In this document: positions 46,658 to 63,920 of the stretch, in pieces
How the letters are laid out: each line of letters begins with the position of its first letter
Position numbering within the stretch: position 1 is the stretch's first letter
Origin: the human T2T-CHM13v2.0 reference genome, Homo sapiens
Length of the DNA stretch: 64,000 nt
Reading direction: 5' to 3' (one strand)
Assembly (NCBI RefSeq): GCF_009914755.1
Contig: NC_060939.1
The notes under the pieces: model-generated
Told to the model about the DNA's origin: nothing
Databases searched by the model: none
What the model saw: the letters and a program-made list of their open reading frames with translations, nothing else
Translations under genes and position numbers: made by a program

Positions 46658-49295
46658 TCACTAAGTTTCCTTTTCCTACCTAGGCAGATGGAAAGCCAAG
46701 CATCCAGGTTAGAACTTAGTCCCCCAAGGCCATACCTTGTCTCTGTCCTCAGCTAAGCCCAGGATAAGGCCATCTATGGAAACAAAGCTCCTATTTTCTT
46801 AACATGCCTCTGAGAAAGATATTTGAAGCCTAGAGGTTAAGAACATAAGGGCTAAAATAAGCAGGCAAGAGGGTGACTCAGAAAGAACAAGAGCCTTGTT
46901 TAAAAAAAAAAAAGAGTCGGGGAATAAACCTCAATACAGATTTACTAACACAGAAATAAAGACTTTGTGTTAGCAAAGAGACTATGAATCAGCAAGAGAA
47001 CAACGCAAGAGGATAAAGGAAATTGTAGACAAGAGCAGCATAAACCATGAAGATGTAAGTATCCACGTGTTTATAACATGGATAATTGATAAGTAATAAG
47101 TAAGTCTTCAGAAACTATGTTTGAGTGTTCAGGGGAAATCACAAAAACAAGTAACAGTACACTTAATTTTTTAAATGAGGTTGAAATGAGATTCTGCATG
47201 AGAGATAACTGTAAAGTAGTAAAAAAGGTTTCAGAAGTCACACATGAAAATCAATCTCATAATTCTACAATCACATTTTAGTATGTCCACATTTTAAAGT
47301 ATAAAGTTAGACTTTATATACCAACAAATTTGGCTGCAAGGTTTGTAAGTTGAGTTTTGACCTCGAGAAATACCTTCCTATTTTTTAAAGAAAGAAATAT
47401 TATAATGACATTCCTTTTAAGTTATTACTTTCCTATACATACTTGCTTATCACATAAAAAATATAATTGCTATATAGCCATCAAGCATTAAAAATAAACC
47501 AACACATCTAACAATAGGCCTCAATGGTACTAATCTATTTTCCTAGATATATCACTTTAAAACCACATATGAATGTCTAAGAAATAAAAGTTTTTTATTT
47601 TTCTTTTAGAATCTACAGCATACAACATGATAAAATTATTTTGTATAAAAATTATAATTTTTAATTAATTTGAAATAATTTCCATTAATTTCTGATGCTT
47701 GTAAGCATTTTAGATATACATTCCTTTAGCTCTTATAATATACTTATAAACTGTGAAAAATTCTGAGACAGGAAGGAACAGATATTAAAATTCTATTACT
47801 TCTAATCTAAAAGCCCTCCATCTTATGTTCTCTGTAGGAGACAGAAACTCACAAAAGAAAATGTTTGGCTTCTACTATTAAGAAATTGGACATTTTTCAC
47901 ATATATTACAGTGGAAGGGGTTTTACATTTCTTTCAGGCACAAAATATTTATGAACTCGGGAGCAGCCCAAACATAAAGATAAAATGCAGCATGACTTTC
48001 CAAACCAAAATCTGCGGCTTCTGTCTATGGATTTTTGTGACCCTTTTGGGAAAAGGCAGAGTTGGAAACACAATTTAGTTGTCCAAGTATTAGAACTTTT
48101 AAAGCATCTCTTTGATTTATGAAGAAAATGCACAAAAATACGTTAAAGGAGGCAGTACCAGAAAATCCAGCAAGTTGCTCATCACTACACACCTCTATGC
48201 ACAGATGACATGAGCAATTATTTGTCTTTCCTTCACTTCTGACTGCCAGGGCTCAGGGCTGAGGTCCTATTGACTGCACATAGTATAAGAAAGGGAAGAG
48301 AAAGTTGTTTCAACGGCAACATCCTCACCTACTTATGTCTCTTTTCTCCTGGTTCCAGTAATTAACAGAATGATCACAAACTGAAACCAAACTGCAACTC
48401 TATCCCTTCCACTCTCACCCTGGAAGCCTGTTCTCATAAATCCATCCTCCTCGGGGTATTCCTTTAATCAATGTTTATTAATATGAATGAATGCTTTGGC
48501 TAACTTGTACAGGTCATCTGCCACTTTTAAGTACTCCATTCCCACCTCATGGGTGTGTTTCATCTCTTTGGTACAGTTGCATATTTCCTGAAGAGTCTCA
48601 TTTTGTGTATTGCTTCTCCACTACCCCTCACCACTGGACAGACAACTGGCCAGCTGTCACTCAAATGCTAATTGTGTCTATCATCTGCTTTCTCTAATAG
48701 CCTTTTCCTTCCGCTGGTTCCCTCCATTCCCTGCCAATTTTATTTAGAAGTGACTCAAAAAGTGTTTGGGGACTCCACTGATAGCTGTGCTTTTTTGATA
48801 ATTAAACCATATTTACATCCAATTCAACAGTATTTGGTAAGCAATTACTACCTTTCCAGTACGGTGCTAGCAACTACGAATGGCATGAAAGAAACACAGG
48901 ATCCAACTGCTCCCTTCAAGAAGTTGGTAATTAGGGTGAGGTGGAATGATGTACTCATTTACGAAAAAGGACGGATAAGACAATATTATCAGGGAGAAAA
49001 ACGTCTGGTACACCATGTGCACCAGCCAGCACAAGAAATCAAAAGTGAAAGGGGCTTCAAGTCAAAAGACCTGAACTCTGCTACTTCCTTCCTAGCTATG
49101 TGTCCTGTGGTGAGCCAGACAGCTTCCCCACACTGTTTCCTCAATATGGGAATATTTATCTAGCAAGATTATTGGAAGGATTAAAGGGTACATTATGTGA
49201 AATGCATTTTATAAACTGTAAACTACTGGGTACATGTAAGATCGTTGTTTTACAAGTCAAGTAGAGGCTGGGAGGTCAGAAAAGGGGAGCAATCT

Positions 49296-49590
49296 GTCGG
49301 GCATGGAGGCTCATACCTGTAATCCCACCTATTCAAGAGACTGAGGTAGGAGGATCACTTGAGCCCAAGAGATCAAAACCAACCTGGGCAACATAATGAG
49401 ATGCTGTTGTACAAAAATTTTTTTAATTAGCAAGGTGAGGTGGCCTGTGCCAGTAGTCCCGGCTACTCAGAAGGCTGAGGTGGGAGGATCACTTGAGCCC
49501 AAGAGTTCAAGGCTGCAGTGAGCCATGACTATGTCACCACACTCCAGCCTGGGTGACAGAGTGAGACCCTGTCTCAAAAAAAGAAAGAAA
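49296..49590 (+). mobile_element. AluJ
   Basis: TSD gggagcaatctg. Confidence 0.93.
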
Positions 49591-50814
49591 GAGGGAGCAA
49601 TCTGACCGTGACTCAAAGCAAGAGCCAGGACCTGAGCTGAGCACCTTCTTCAAAGCCAGGCAAGATTTAGCTAGATAGTGAAGAATAGGATACACAGCAT
49701 GTTTCATGCAAGGGCATGTTTTGACTTCAATTTAACAAGTATTGAGGAGGCTTGCTAATCATTTCAAAGGATACAAATGTGCCTCAGATATAATCCTCTA
49801 AGTACAAAACTGGCTGTAAACTCAAAGGAATGCTTATGAGGTAATGTGACAAATTGAGGAGAGCAGGACGACTAATCCATTGGTATATGGGGTTCCTCTG
49901 CCACCATCTGTTTAGACCCAGGATAGGTCACCATCCCTCTGCAGGCCTTGTTTTATCAAATATGAAATAAGAGGTTTGACCACAATGGTCTCTTTCCAAC
50001 ACAGACATTCTATGCTGTATGATTCCAGGTTCAAAGTTCAAAGCTTAGTCATGAGAAATTTAAGTGGGGTCATGGTGACAGTTGTCCCTTCTATCACCTC
50101 TCACTCCTTGAAGATGAGAGCCTAGATGAGGGCAGCCGCATGGGAATGGGAAGAAGGGGATCCAAGATACACTAATTTTAAAATAATAGAACAGAGTTCC
50201 ACATCAGGTGGAAAAGGACACAGCAAAGAGAACACCAAAGAATAAAGCCTAGGGGGCCAGGAGGCCAAAATAATGTTGCCAACAGAAGCAGGACATTTGA
50301 AGTGGGGAAGGGAAAGAGTTGGAATGGGCATAAGGTGTTTGTGGGTGGTATCAGATTTTTGGAAGGGAAGGATGATGAGATTGGATCGGGGCAGGTTCAG
50401 CATGAGAGATCATCAAAGCCACATGACCAAGAAATGCTTGAAAATCATCCCCAGTCCCTGTGGCCCACATTTACCTCTGCCCTTGAGACAGAGGCAGAGT
50501 AGCCAACAGTGAAAGCTCCAAAAAGAGGGCCATGACTGTACAAGCCACAGAAGAGGGAACATGCTGTTAGTTCAGGATGAACAAGACCAAGGATAACAGC
50601 AGGGTGCTCTCAGCCAAACTCAATTACACAGGACATGATGGGCAGTCCCTGCTGCTCTGATTAAACTCAGTTTCCAGATACTATCTCCCTGTTGTAAAGT
50701 TCTTTATCTGGCAGTGAGTAAAAAGGAAATGTCAGGGAAGACAGCTAGATGTCCTGCACAGCATTCACTCCTCTTAGGAGCCTGCAATAGGCACCTCCTC
50801 AGATTCCAAACTTA

Positions 50815-51248
<434 letters not shown>

Positions 51249-51699
51249 GGAAACACACAGTGAGGAGGAGTTGTAGTATCACTTTCCTCCAGCTCCTTCT
51301 CTGCACCTCTCACTCTCCTTGAAACCACTGACACTAAGAAATAAGAGGTTAGAACCCTTCTCTTATTACCCTTATCTAATTACTTAATGTCTCTGTGTTT
51401 TCCTAGAAGAAGAATTCACTACCTATACCAGGTCTATCCTGTTTTTGGTCTCACTTAACACTGCTATATGTATGTGCCTGTCTCCTAATGCACACCAGCA
51501 AGAGTTTCTCTAGAAAATTGCTTTCCAACCTTGTTCATGATATTTGTATGACCTACCAGGGCATATGCTCTTGATCAAAGGCAATAGGTTTTAGGGCCCC
51601 AGAAAGGCCAGGCCCTGTCCAGCCACCCTGAGGGACAAAGGGTTCAACATCTCAACACATCTGAACCAATTCAGTGCACACCAGGGGGAGTCACCTCCT

Positions 51700-53299
<1,600 letters not shown>

Positions 53300-53300
<1 letters not shown>

Positions 53301-54270
53301 ATCTCACAAAAGAAGATATACAAATGGCAAATATGCATATGAGAAGATGCTCAATATCATATGTTATTAGAGAATTGCAAATTAAAACAAGAATGAGATA
53401 TCACTATACACCTATCAGAATGACCAAAATCCAAAACACTGACAACATCAAATGCTGGTGAGGATGTGGAAACCCAGAACTCTCCTTCATTGCTGGTAGG
53501 AATGCAAAATGGTACAAGCCCTTTGTTATAGACAGTTTGGCAGTTGTTTACAAAGCTAAACTTACTCTTACCGTACAATCCAATCACATTCTTTGGTATT
53601 TACCCAAATGAAGGGAGAACTCATGTCCACACAAAAACCTGCACACTGATATTTATTATAGCAGCTTTATTCATAATTGCCAGAACTCAGAAGCAACAAG
53701 ATGTTCTTCAGTAGATGAATGGATAAATAAACTGTGGTACATTCAGACAATGGAAAATTATTCAGCACTAAAAAGAAATGAGCTATCAAGCCATGAAAAA
53801 ACATGGAAGAACCTTAAATGCATATTACTAACTGAAAGAAGCCAATCTGTATGATTCCAACTATGTGGCATTCTAGGAAAGGCTAAACTGTGGAGATAGT
53901 ACAAAGATCAGTGGTTATTAGGGGTTGGAGTGGGGGAAGTGAAAGAGATGAATAGGCAGAGAACAGACGATTTTTAGGGCAGTGAAACTATTTTGTGTGA
54001 CACTATAACATAGATAGATGTCATTATACATTTGTATACATACCCATAGAATGTACAACACCAAGAGTGAACTCCAATCTAAACTATGGACTTTGGATGA
54101 TAATGTGTCAATAGAGGTTCATCATGTGTAACAAACGTACCACTCTGGTATGGGATGTTGATAGTGGGGGAGGCTATGCATGTTGGGGGGTTTGGGAGGG
54201 AAGGGAATATATGGAAACTGTACTTTCTACTCAGTATTACTGTGAACCTAAAACTGCTCTAAAAACTAAA
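53300..54270 (+). mobile_element. L1MB-type 3' end
   Basis: ctcacaaaagaagatatacaaatggcaaat...ctgtgaacctaaaactgctctaaaaa. Confidence 0.9.
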
Positions 54271-54273
54271 ACT

Positions 54274-55219
<946 letters not shown>

Positions 55220-55422
55220 TCAATAAACTCTTTTCATGAAGATATTGTACATCTTTCAACTTATTGATACTTTGTTTTTGTCACTACTGTGATAACTTTT
55301 AAACATGTATCTTCTATTTCTTACATAGCCATACTAATTCCAGCAATCTGTTAAACATATTAGGTAAAAATAAATTACTTCTTCCTTTCTAATCTTACCT
55401 TTTAGTCTAATTATAAAAAGTC

Positions 55423-56019
<597 letters not shown>

Positions 56020-57195
56020 CAGTCTCGTCATGTCTTGATTCTAACATTTCACTGTTAAGAATGACATTTGCTGTAGATTTTTGGTACATATTTTTATCAG
56101 GTCAAGGAAGTTCATCTATCCTAGTTTGCTAAGTACGAGTATTATGAATGGGTGTCAACTTTATCACATTTTGTTTCAGCATGTATCAAGGAGACTGCTA
56201 CTTTTTTCCCTTAATCTGTTAATTTACCAGCTTTTATATTTATTCCGCCTTTGATATTTTTCTTTCCTTTCTTCTAGCTTCTTCTCTCACTTTCCTGGTT
56301 TCTGCTCTTTTCTCATACTTTCTACCTAGAATTTCTCTTTCAAAGTAATTCTGTTTCTTCCTTTTGCATTCGCCAGGGGGTAGGGGAGAGCAAAGGGAGG
56401 TAGTTCTCAGGGTAATTAATAAATATTTGAATGGCTAAAAAGTGAAATACCTAATAGGTGCCAGGTCCTTGAGGTGACCTTACCCAAAACCAGTCTTCAA
56501 ATGTGCCATATTACATTTATATAAGTCGCTCCCGTCTTGGGCTTAAAAAAAAAAGTTACTTGAGATGCAGTCACTAGAGGAAGAATTATAGTAGAATGCT
56601 TTAAACAGAAATGGTGTTTCACCCTCTAGAGAAACATCGAAAATGCATTAGCTATCATCCGAATTTTCTTTTGAACACAGTACTATATTTAATTTTAACT
56701 ACTAGCACTTGGGTTCCCCCATTTAATACCTAGAAAGTAGGGCACTAGATTATAAAAATGCCAAGTATCTGAAGAGAGACAAGGAATAACGTTTATGCAT
56801 TCTGTAATTCAACACTGTATGTTAAAGAGGCCAGCCCATGTCTCTTCTTAATTTTAAAATTAAAGAAGCCGAACCCAAATTTCTGAATTCTAGCTAATAA
56901 TTTAGGACCCACTTAAAAAAACTTTGCCAAGTTTTTCCATTAGTCTGTTTAATTGTCCTAAAGTCTGTATTTCATTTAACTCCATGAAATGCATATATTT
57001 GAGGAACGATGTTAGAGTAACCATGATCTAGAAATGAAAAGGGCACTTACACAAAAGAAACAAATCAGCAAACAACTCTGTAACAGAATTCTGGAGTCTT
57101 TAGTCTTACAAAAAACCACATTAAACATCGTAAGAGAATACAACATTTAGTCCACACCTGACTCCAAAGAGTCTCTCAACTATAGCCAGGGTTAC

Positions 57196-57517
57196 TTTTT
57201 CTGTTTGTTTGTTTGTTTTTGTTTTTTGAGACAAGAGTCTCACTCTGTCACCCAGGCTGGAGTTGGAGTGCAGTGGTCCGATCTTGGCTCATTGCAACCT
57301 CTGCCTCTGGATTCAGGTGATTCTCATGCCTCAGCCTCCCAAGTAGTTGGGAGTACAGGCATGCACCACCACATCCGGTTAATTTTTCTATTTTTAGTAT
57401 AGACAGGGTTTCGCCATGTTGCCCAGGCTGGTCTCAAACTCTTGACCTTAGGTGATCAGCCGGCCTCGGCCTCCCAAAGTACTGGGATTACTTTGGGTGT
57501 GAGCCACTGTGCCCAGC
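57196..57517 (-). mobile_element. AluS
   Basis: Alu consensus. Confidence 0.94.
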
Positions 57518-58125
57518 CAAAATCTTTATTTTGTGATTTCTACAAACCTTTAATCACGTTTAGATTTTAAACATTTTTCCAACCTCTATAAGCTAGAATA
57601 GATGGGGATCTGTTTTTTAACAGAAATTTTAAGCTGTTTTAGAGAAAAATAAACTTGGCTCAAATGACAAATGTGAAATTATCAAAATTACGAAGCATAG
57701 GAGGATGTGGGAAAGGGTTGTAGTGTTCACAACACATAGGAAAGTATTTCCCAAAAAATATATATTAAATGTACTTCAAATATAACAGAAGTTAAATGCA
57801 GAATAGCATACATATACCTCTCCAAAATCTGTTAATAATTTTAAATGAGGTTTGATAAGTAAATTGGCCTCCACCAATGATCCAAAGATATACTAGTAAA
57901 GCTTGATGCCACTGAGGAGGGAGAGAGCCTGGTTTAAATGACTGAAATTCATTCAGTCATTTAAGCAGTAGCTCATGAGCACATCAATTAAACATCTAAC
58001 AAACAAGAATTGTGGATGTGCCACTATGTTAAGCACCAAGAATGTGGCTCTAGAAGAGCAACAGTCTAATAGGTAAGCTGTTTGTGGAAATGCCCAAGGA
58101 AAATGCATGGAAACAAGAACTATAG

Positions 58126-58430
58126 GGCCCGGCATGGTGGCTCATGCCTGTAATCCTAGCACTTTGGGAGGCCGAGGTGGGCGGATCACCTGGGGTTGAG
58201 AGTTCAAGACCAGCCTGACCAACATGGTGAAACCCCATCTCTACTAAAAATACAAAATTAGCCGGGCGTGGCGGCGCATGCCTGTAATCCCAGCTACTTG
58301 GGAGGCTGAGGCAGGAGAAACATTTGAACCCAGGAGGCGGAGGTTGCAGCCAGCCGAGATCGCACATTGCACTCCAGCCTGGGCGACAAGAGTAAAACTC
58401 TGTCTCAAAGAAAAAAAGAAGAAGAAGAAG
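58126..58430 (+). mobile_element. AluSp/Sq-like with (GAA)n tail
   Basis: TSD aagaact(a/g)ta. Confidence 0.95.
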
Positions 58431-59206
58431 AACTGTAACAGAAGTATGCACAAGCCGTTGGGGAGATGGGAGGGCTGGGGAGATAGCACAAGAGGGAGAA
58501 GAAGGAGCCCACAATGTCTAAGGAGGGAATCAGAAAAACTTCACACAGGGGCATCTGAGCTAAGGACTAAAGTCAGAATGTGAGTGTACAGGCACACATA
58601 AGGACAAGTGACAGATGTGAATGGACAAAAATTACACAGTGCACTAGATAATGTGGGGAACGACTTTACCTCACATGTCAGCCAAATAAGCATTATCCTT
58701 TCAAGATAACAGAAACTATAAGCAAATAATTCTTGATGCCAATCCAAAACATGTAACTGAGTTTTGATGGAATTTGGTAAGGAATGCCTGATGCTCAAAA
58801 TTAAAAAAAAAAAAAAGACCAGGTTTCGAACCGTCAGGAGGGAACACATCTTGGGCTGACTGATGCGGGCAGGTAAGGGTTTGAGGGTTTGCGCTTGCAA
58901 AGGTGTAAGAGGCTAAGGTTACTTAGGATGCATTAAAGGACTTCAGCAGTGGATGTGGCTGAAGGGATGCATGGAGGTAGGGGAGAATGTATCCAGAACA
59001 GAGGCTGAAAACATGGGAAAGTGTTTGAGACCTGGGTCTAAAAGGACTGTGACATGGCACTAAAAAGTTTGTGTGTTATCCTCTGGGCAACAGAAGGCCA
59101 CCACGGGCTCTTTATGCAGGAGAGGACCATGAGATGTGTGCCTTAGAAAGATCTCTATGGCAGCCACATGGAGACTGGAAATACACAGAGCATCAGAAGG
59201 CTCTAA

Positions 59207-59563
59207 TGTTACCGACTGAATGTTTGTGTCTCCCCAAAATTTGTATGTTGAAATCTAATCCCCAATGTGATGGTATAAGGAGGCAGGTCTTTGGGAAGTA
59301 ATTAGGTTTTGAGGATAGATCCTTCATGAAGGGGATTAGTGCCCCTATAAGAAGAGGCCAGAGAGCTACCTTTCTGCCTTGTGAGAATACAGTGAAAAGT
59401 CAAGTGTCTGCAACCTGGAAGAGAGCTCTCACCAAAATCTGAGCATGCTGATACCCTGATCTCAGACTTTCAGCCTCTAGAACAATGAGGAATAAATTTC
59501 CGTTGTTTGCAAGCTATCCAGTCTATGGTACTTTGTTATAACAGTTTGAACTGGTTAAGACAT
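59207..59563 (+). mobile_element. MLT1A-type MaLR solo LTR
   Basis: tgttaccgactgaatgtttgtgtctccccaaaatt...ggtactttgttataacag...ttaagaca. Confidence 0.88.
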
Positions 59564-61960
59564 ATGGAGAGAGATTTTGAGGGTTTGAATTGTGTTGGTG
59601 ACAGTAGGGATGAAGAAGAAGTGATTAATTTGAGATATATTTAGGAGGTAGAAATCAATATAACTTCTTAACAGACTAGTATAGAAATTAAAGATAACCA
59701 AAACTTTTAGTTTGGTAAATAAATGGTATAACATTAACTGAAAAAGGAAAAGATGGTTTGAGAAGATGATAATTATTATAACTAACACTAAGCACTATTC
59801 TAAATCCTTTAAAGCACTAACTCATTTAGTCTTCACAACAACCGTATAAGGTCCCTAAATCTACAGATGAAAAATACCAATGCACAGAAAGGTTAATAAA
59901 GTTGCCCAAGGTCACACAGCCAGAAATGGCAGAACCAAGATGTGATCTCAGACACACTCTCAACTACCACATTACACTGTACGGTACACAACCAGTTAAA
60001 CATCTCTCATGTCTGAGGGACATCAAGGGAGTTGTGTTTAATTTGCATTTGGAAAACAGACCTAGGGCTCACAAGAAGAATATGGCTATGAATTTTAGTG
60101 TCATCAACATAATAGTATTTCCTTAGGCCATGGGAAAAATGAGATGGACATTTAGAGTGAAGAGAGAACAAAAATGTAAGGAGCAGCAAGACAGATACAA
60201 GAAGGACACTAGGAAGGAGATTTTTCAAGCAGTGATTGTCCACAGGCTGGCTCAGTTGCCACACCACAGAGGTACAAACTTGAAGTGGTCTGGGCCTTCT
60301 CCGTGTGAAAATGGCAAATCCATTCACTGTTTGCTGGATGAATGGACTTATCATTGAGCTATTTGCTGGATTTACCATCTAGCTAAAAGATAGCTAAAAG
60401 ATTCCAGCTTAGACTATGTCATCAAGAAAGGAGGCCTGATAGGGTATGAAACGGGGAAAACAAGAAAAACAAACAAAAATGGATGCTCTCAGCTCTTGAA
60501 AGGATGATTTATACCCGTGTTTGAGCAAAGCAGATTCTGCCTTCAGAGAAGCAGCAGCAAAGATAGCTCATTTCTCAAGCAGCACCCCATCTCATCCATC
60601 ACCCACTTCCCCTACCTGCCCCCCAGCCTACACCACAGGACCTCTGCTCTGCCAAGAGGGCAGGGCCCCAGCCACGCTGCAGCAACACCAGAAGCGCAAA
60701 AGAAAATGTGCTGTTGCATAGACAGCGCAAATAAATAATGGTTCTTGTGATAATCAGCTTTTGCTTTTAATGGGCTTCACATGACTCATCAGCTATCACG
60801 TATGCTATAGCCTGAGCTCTGGCTCTAAATCAAACAAGTTCAAAGGGAGAAGAAAGGAATAATAGCAAAAGATGAGCAGATATCTCAAGAAGCCTTAATC
60901 CTACTGAGGAAAAACAGAAATGGAGGCAGGAAGAAGACAGTTTCCCCTATGAGCACTCAGGTACCGAGGGTCCAGAGAGGGCGGAAGCTGAAACAGCCGC
61001 AGAGAGAGGCAGCCTAGTTGCCGTGACGCCATCCTGCCAGCCAGCAAGATTTCACCAGACCGTTCCCTTTCTGCCACAGTTCCTGTCTTGTGGGCAGCAG
61101 AAGCACCAAGAAAGAAGAAAAATGGTTGTTTGTATTCTTATGGCTGCAGGGTCATACCTCTGTGACTTAACTATTTCAACAAGTGACAAGGAGAAAGTGG
61201 TAAGAGACAGAGAGAGCAGCCAAGATGGGGGTAAACTCCTTTGGAATGTATTAAATCCAACTTCATTCTATGGATAAAATGCCCTCATGAATAAACACTC
61301 ATCCCCAAAACATCTTTTTTTTTTTTTTGGTATTTATAATCCAAGAACCTTGACAGAGAATGTCAGCTTTTTATCAAGGCTCTTTCCCACAATGACTTCT
61401 GATAATGGGGGTTGGGGTTCATTCCCAGGTGAAAAGCATGAGTTTGTGGCAAAGAAAACAGTATTGTTTGGTCACCACACTGGAATGGAAGCCAGGATAT
61501 TCTGAAGGATGCCTTGGCACTAATACAAATTAGCAAATGACTTTAGCACTTCTGAGCCTCAATTTCTTCATCTGTAAAATGAGAAGAATGGACTGGGTGA
61601 ATATGAAGTCCTTCCACTCTCTTAATCTATGCTTATGGGTGCTCAGAGCACGGGAACCCTTCCAGGTGTCTCTTGTGGTTAGGCTGTCCATGTGTCAGGA
61701 CCCTGATTGTGCTCCCAGGGACACACAAGTGTGAGAGTGGCTACAACTCAATGGAAGCAATAAGTAAACACGTACACACTCACAAAGCTAGATCCCTATA
61801 TTTGATTAAACCATGGGTTAGTAGACAGGAACCATGTCTTATGCATCTTCACACACTCAAAATCCAGCCCAGTCCAGGCACTGGGCTTAACAAATGTTTA
61901 CTGCATGCATTTTGAGGCAAATCTTTAAAATGTCATATTAAGAAGCTTTTCAGACATGTC

Positions 61961-62390
61961 GGTTATGGATTGAATTGTGTCCCCCTAAAATTCACATGTT
62001 GAAGCCCTAACTCCCAGTACCTCAGAATACAATGTTTTTTGGAGCTAGGACCTTTATAGAGGGAATCAAGTTAAAAAGAGGTCATTAGGGTGGGTCCTAA
62101 TCCACCCTCATGGTCTCTTCACAAGAAAGGAACTGGGATCACAGACATGAACACAGGGAGGATGGCATGAAGAGACATAGGGAGAAGACAGCCATCCACA
62201 GCTAAGCAGAAAGGCCTGGAACGGATTCTCCCTCACAGTCCTCAAAAGGGACCAACCCCGCTGACATCTTGATCTTAGACTTTCAGGCTCCAGAACTGTG
62301 AGGCAATAAATTTCTGTTTTTGAAATCACACAGTTTTAAAGCCACCCAGTTTATGGTACTTTGTTATGGCAGCTCTAGTAAACTAATACA
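61961..62390 (+). mobile_element. MLT1B-type MaLR solo LTR
   Basis: gttatggattgaattgtgtcccc...cagtacctcagaat...ggtactttgttatggcagctctagtaaactaataca. Confidence 0.88.
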
Positions 62391-62629
62391 ATATCCAGAA
62401 GTAGAATTATATAATGAAATCTCCCATCACACTCACCACTCAGATCTTTCACTCCGGCATACTTCATTTCGTATTTCTAAAATATATGGACATTTCCTTA
62501 CATAACAATACCCTTATCAAACCTAACAGAATTAACACTAATTTAAAAGCAGATTTAATTCCCAGAAGAAATAAACCTTATACTAAAACACACACTTACA
62601 TTCCTCCATTAAAACTATTAACACTTTTA

Positions 62630-63015
<386 letters not shown>

Positions 63016-63329
63016 TCAGAATAATTCAATTTCCTAATCAGCTCTCATATTCAACAATTTCCTGAAAGTAAAAACCTATGTTTCTTTATTCAAGTACAGA
63101 AAAGAAAGGAAGAATGCGGTCAGTATTCATACCCACTCCGTGGTCACTGAAAATGCACTTTTCAAACTAATCCCAAGAAATTTAGTAGACATCATTAAGT
63201 CTTTAGTTTAAAAACAGTACGTGCAATGGTATTGTATGTTATATTGCACATAATTTAAGCGCATGAAAATTGACATGACAGAGCTCAAAACCACTACCAA
63301 AAAAAAAAAAGATAAATACAAAACCATAC

Positions 63330-63449
63330 CTTTACAGGGTAGAGAACCGCTTGTTATGATTTTCTAAAACGTTAGAGACTGGAGTTACCAATGCTTCAAC
63401 AATTGACAACTTCCAATCACATGTCCTCTTCAGGAAGGTTACTTTTTGT
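63330..63449 (-). other. RAB27A: RAB27A non-coding 5'UTR exon (120 nt)
   Basis: Polypyrimidine acceptor ttctctttgtcttaacattag|ACAAAAAG; donor AAG|gtatgg. Sequence and length agree with my recollection of the RAB27A mRNA leader. Confidence 0.9.
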
Positions 63450-63920
63450 CTAATGTTAAGACAAAGAGAAATGTTAAAGTCAGAATGGCCTACTTAAAAA
63501 GTTTTTCAAAAGAGTCTTTGGAAAAGCAGTTCGCTCCATCAACTTTCAAAACAGGCATCGCTGTAAAAACCCACAATCCAGCTAATTAGTCTCAGCTGTT
63601 TGTCATATGGCACTGCAGACCAGTCAAGTGATTTTTGCCCCTTTCAAGCTTACCAAGTTCCAGTTCGACTGGCCACTCAGAGGGCGGCTTTATTAACCTC
63701 TTCTGGTGTTAGAAGACTCTGCACTTCAGCTCTTTCTTCCGCCCACCTACCCCGTGAATCAAAACAGTAGAACATTTGTTTTCTTGAGAAAGTGCCTTGT
63801 ATTCTCAAGGCCCTTAAAGGTTATATTCATATTGTTGCTTACAAATACAATGCCTGATCCAAACAAACAATATGGGGGATCAAATGGAAGTGGCAGGAGG
63901 GATGGGGCTAGATTACTTAC
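63450..63920 (-). promoter_or_regulatory. Candidate internal promoter region of RAB27A
   Basis: Repeat-free. GC-box-like CCGCCC near 63739 and GGGCGG near 63682; E-boxes CAGCTG, CATATG and CAAGTG at 63592-63630; adjacent to the UTR exon. Confidence 0.45.

Larger units (their letters stand above)
57945..59760. mobile_element. L2 fragments interrupted by an Alu and an MLT1A
   Basis: ttcattcagtcatttaa start; ttagaaagatctctatggcag; aatttgagatatatttaggaggtagaaatcaata. Confidence 0.65.

Noticed and set aside
48672-49163. 163-aa plus-strand ORF, the longest non-microsatellite ORF
   Set aside because: Non-ATG start, overlaps L2/MIR-like sequence, no recognisable domain and no splice support.
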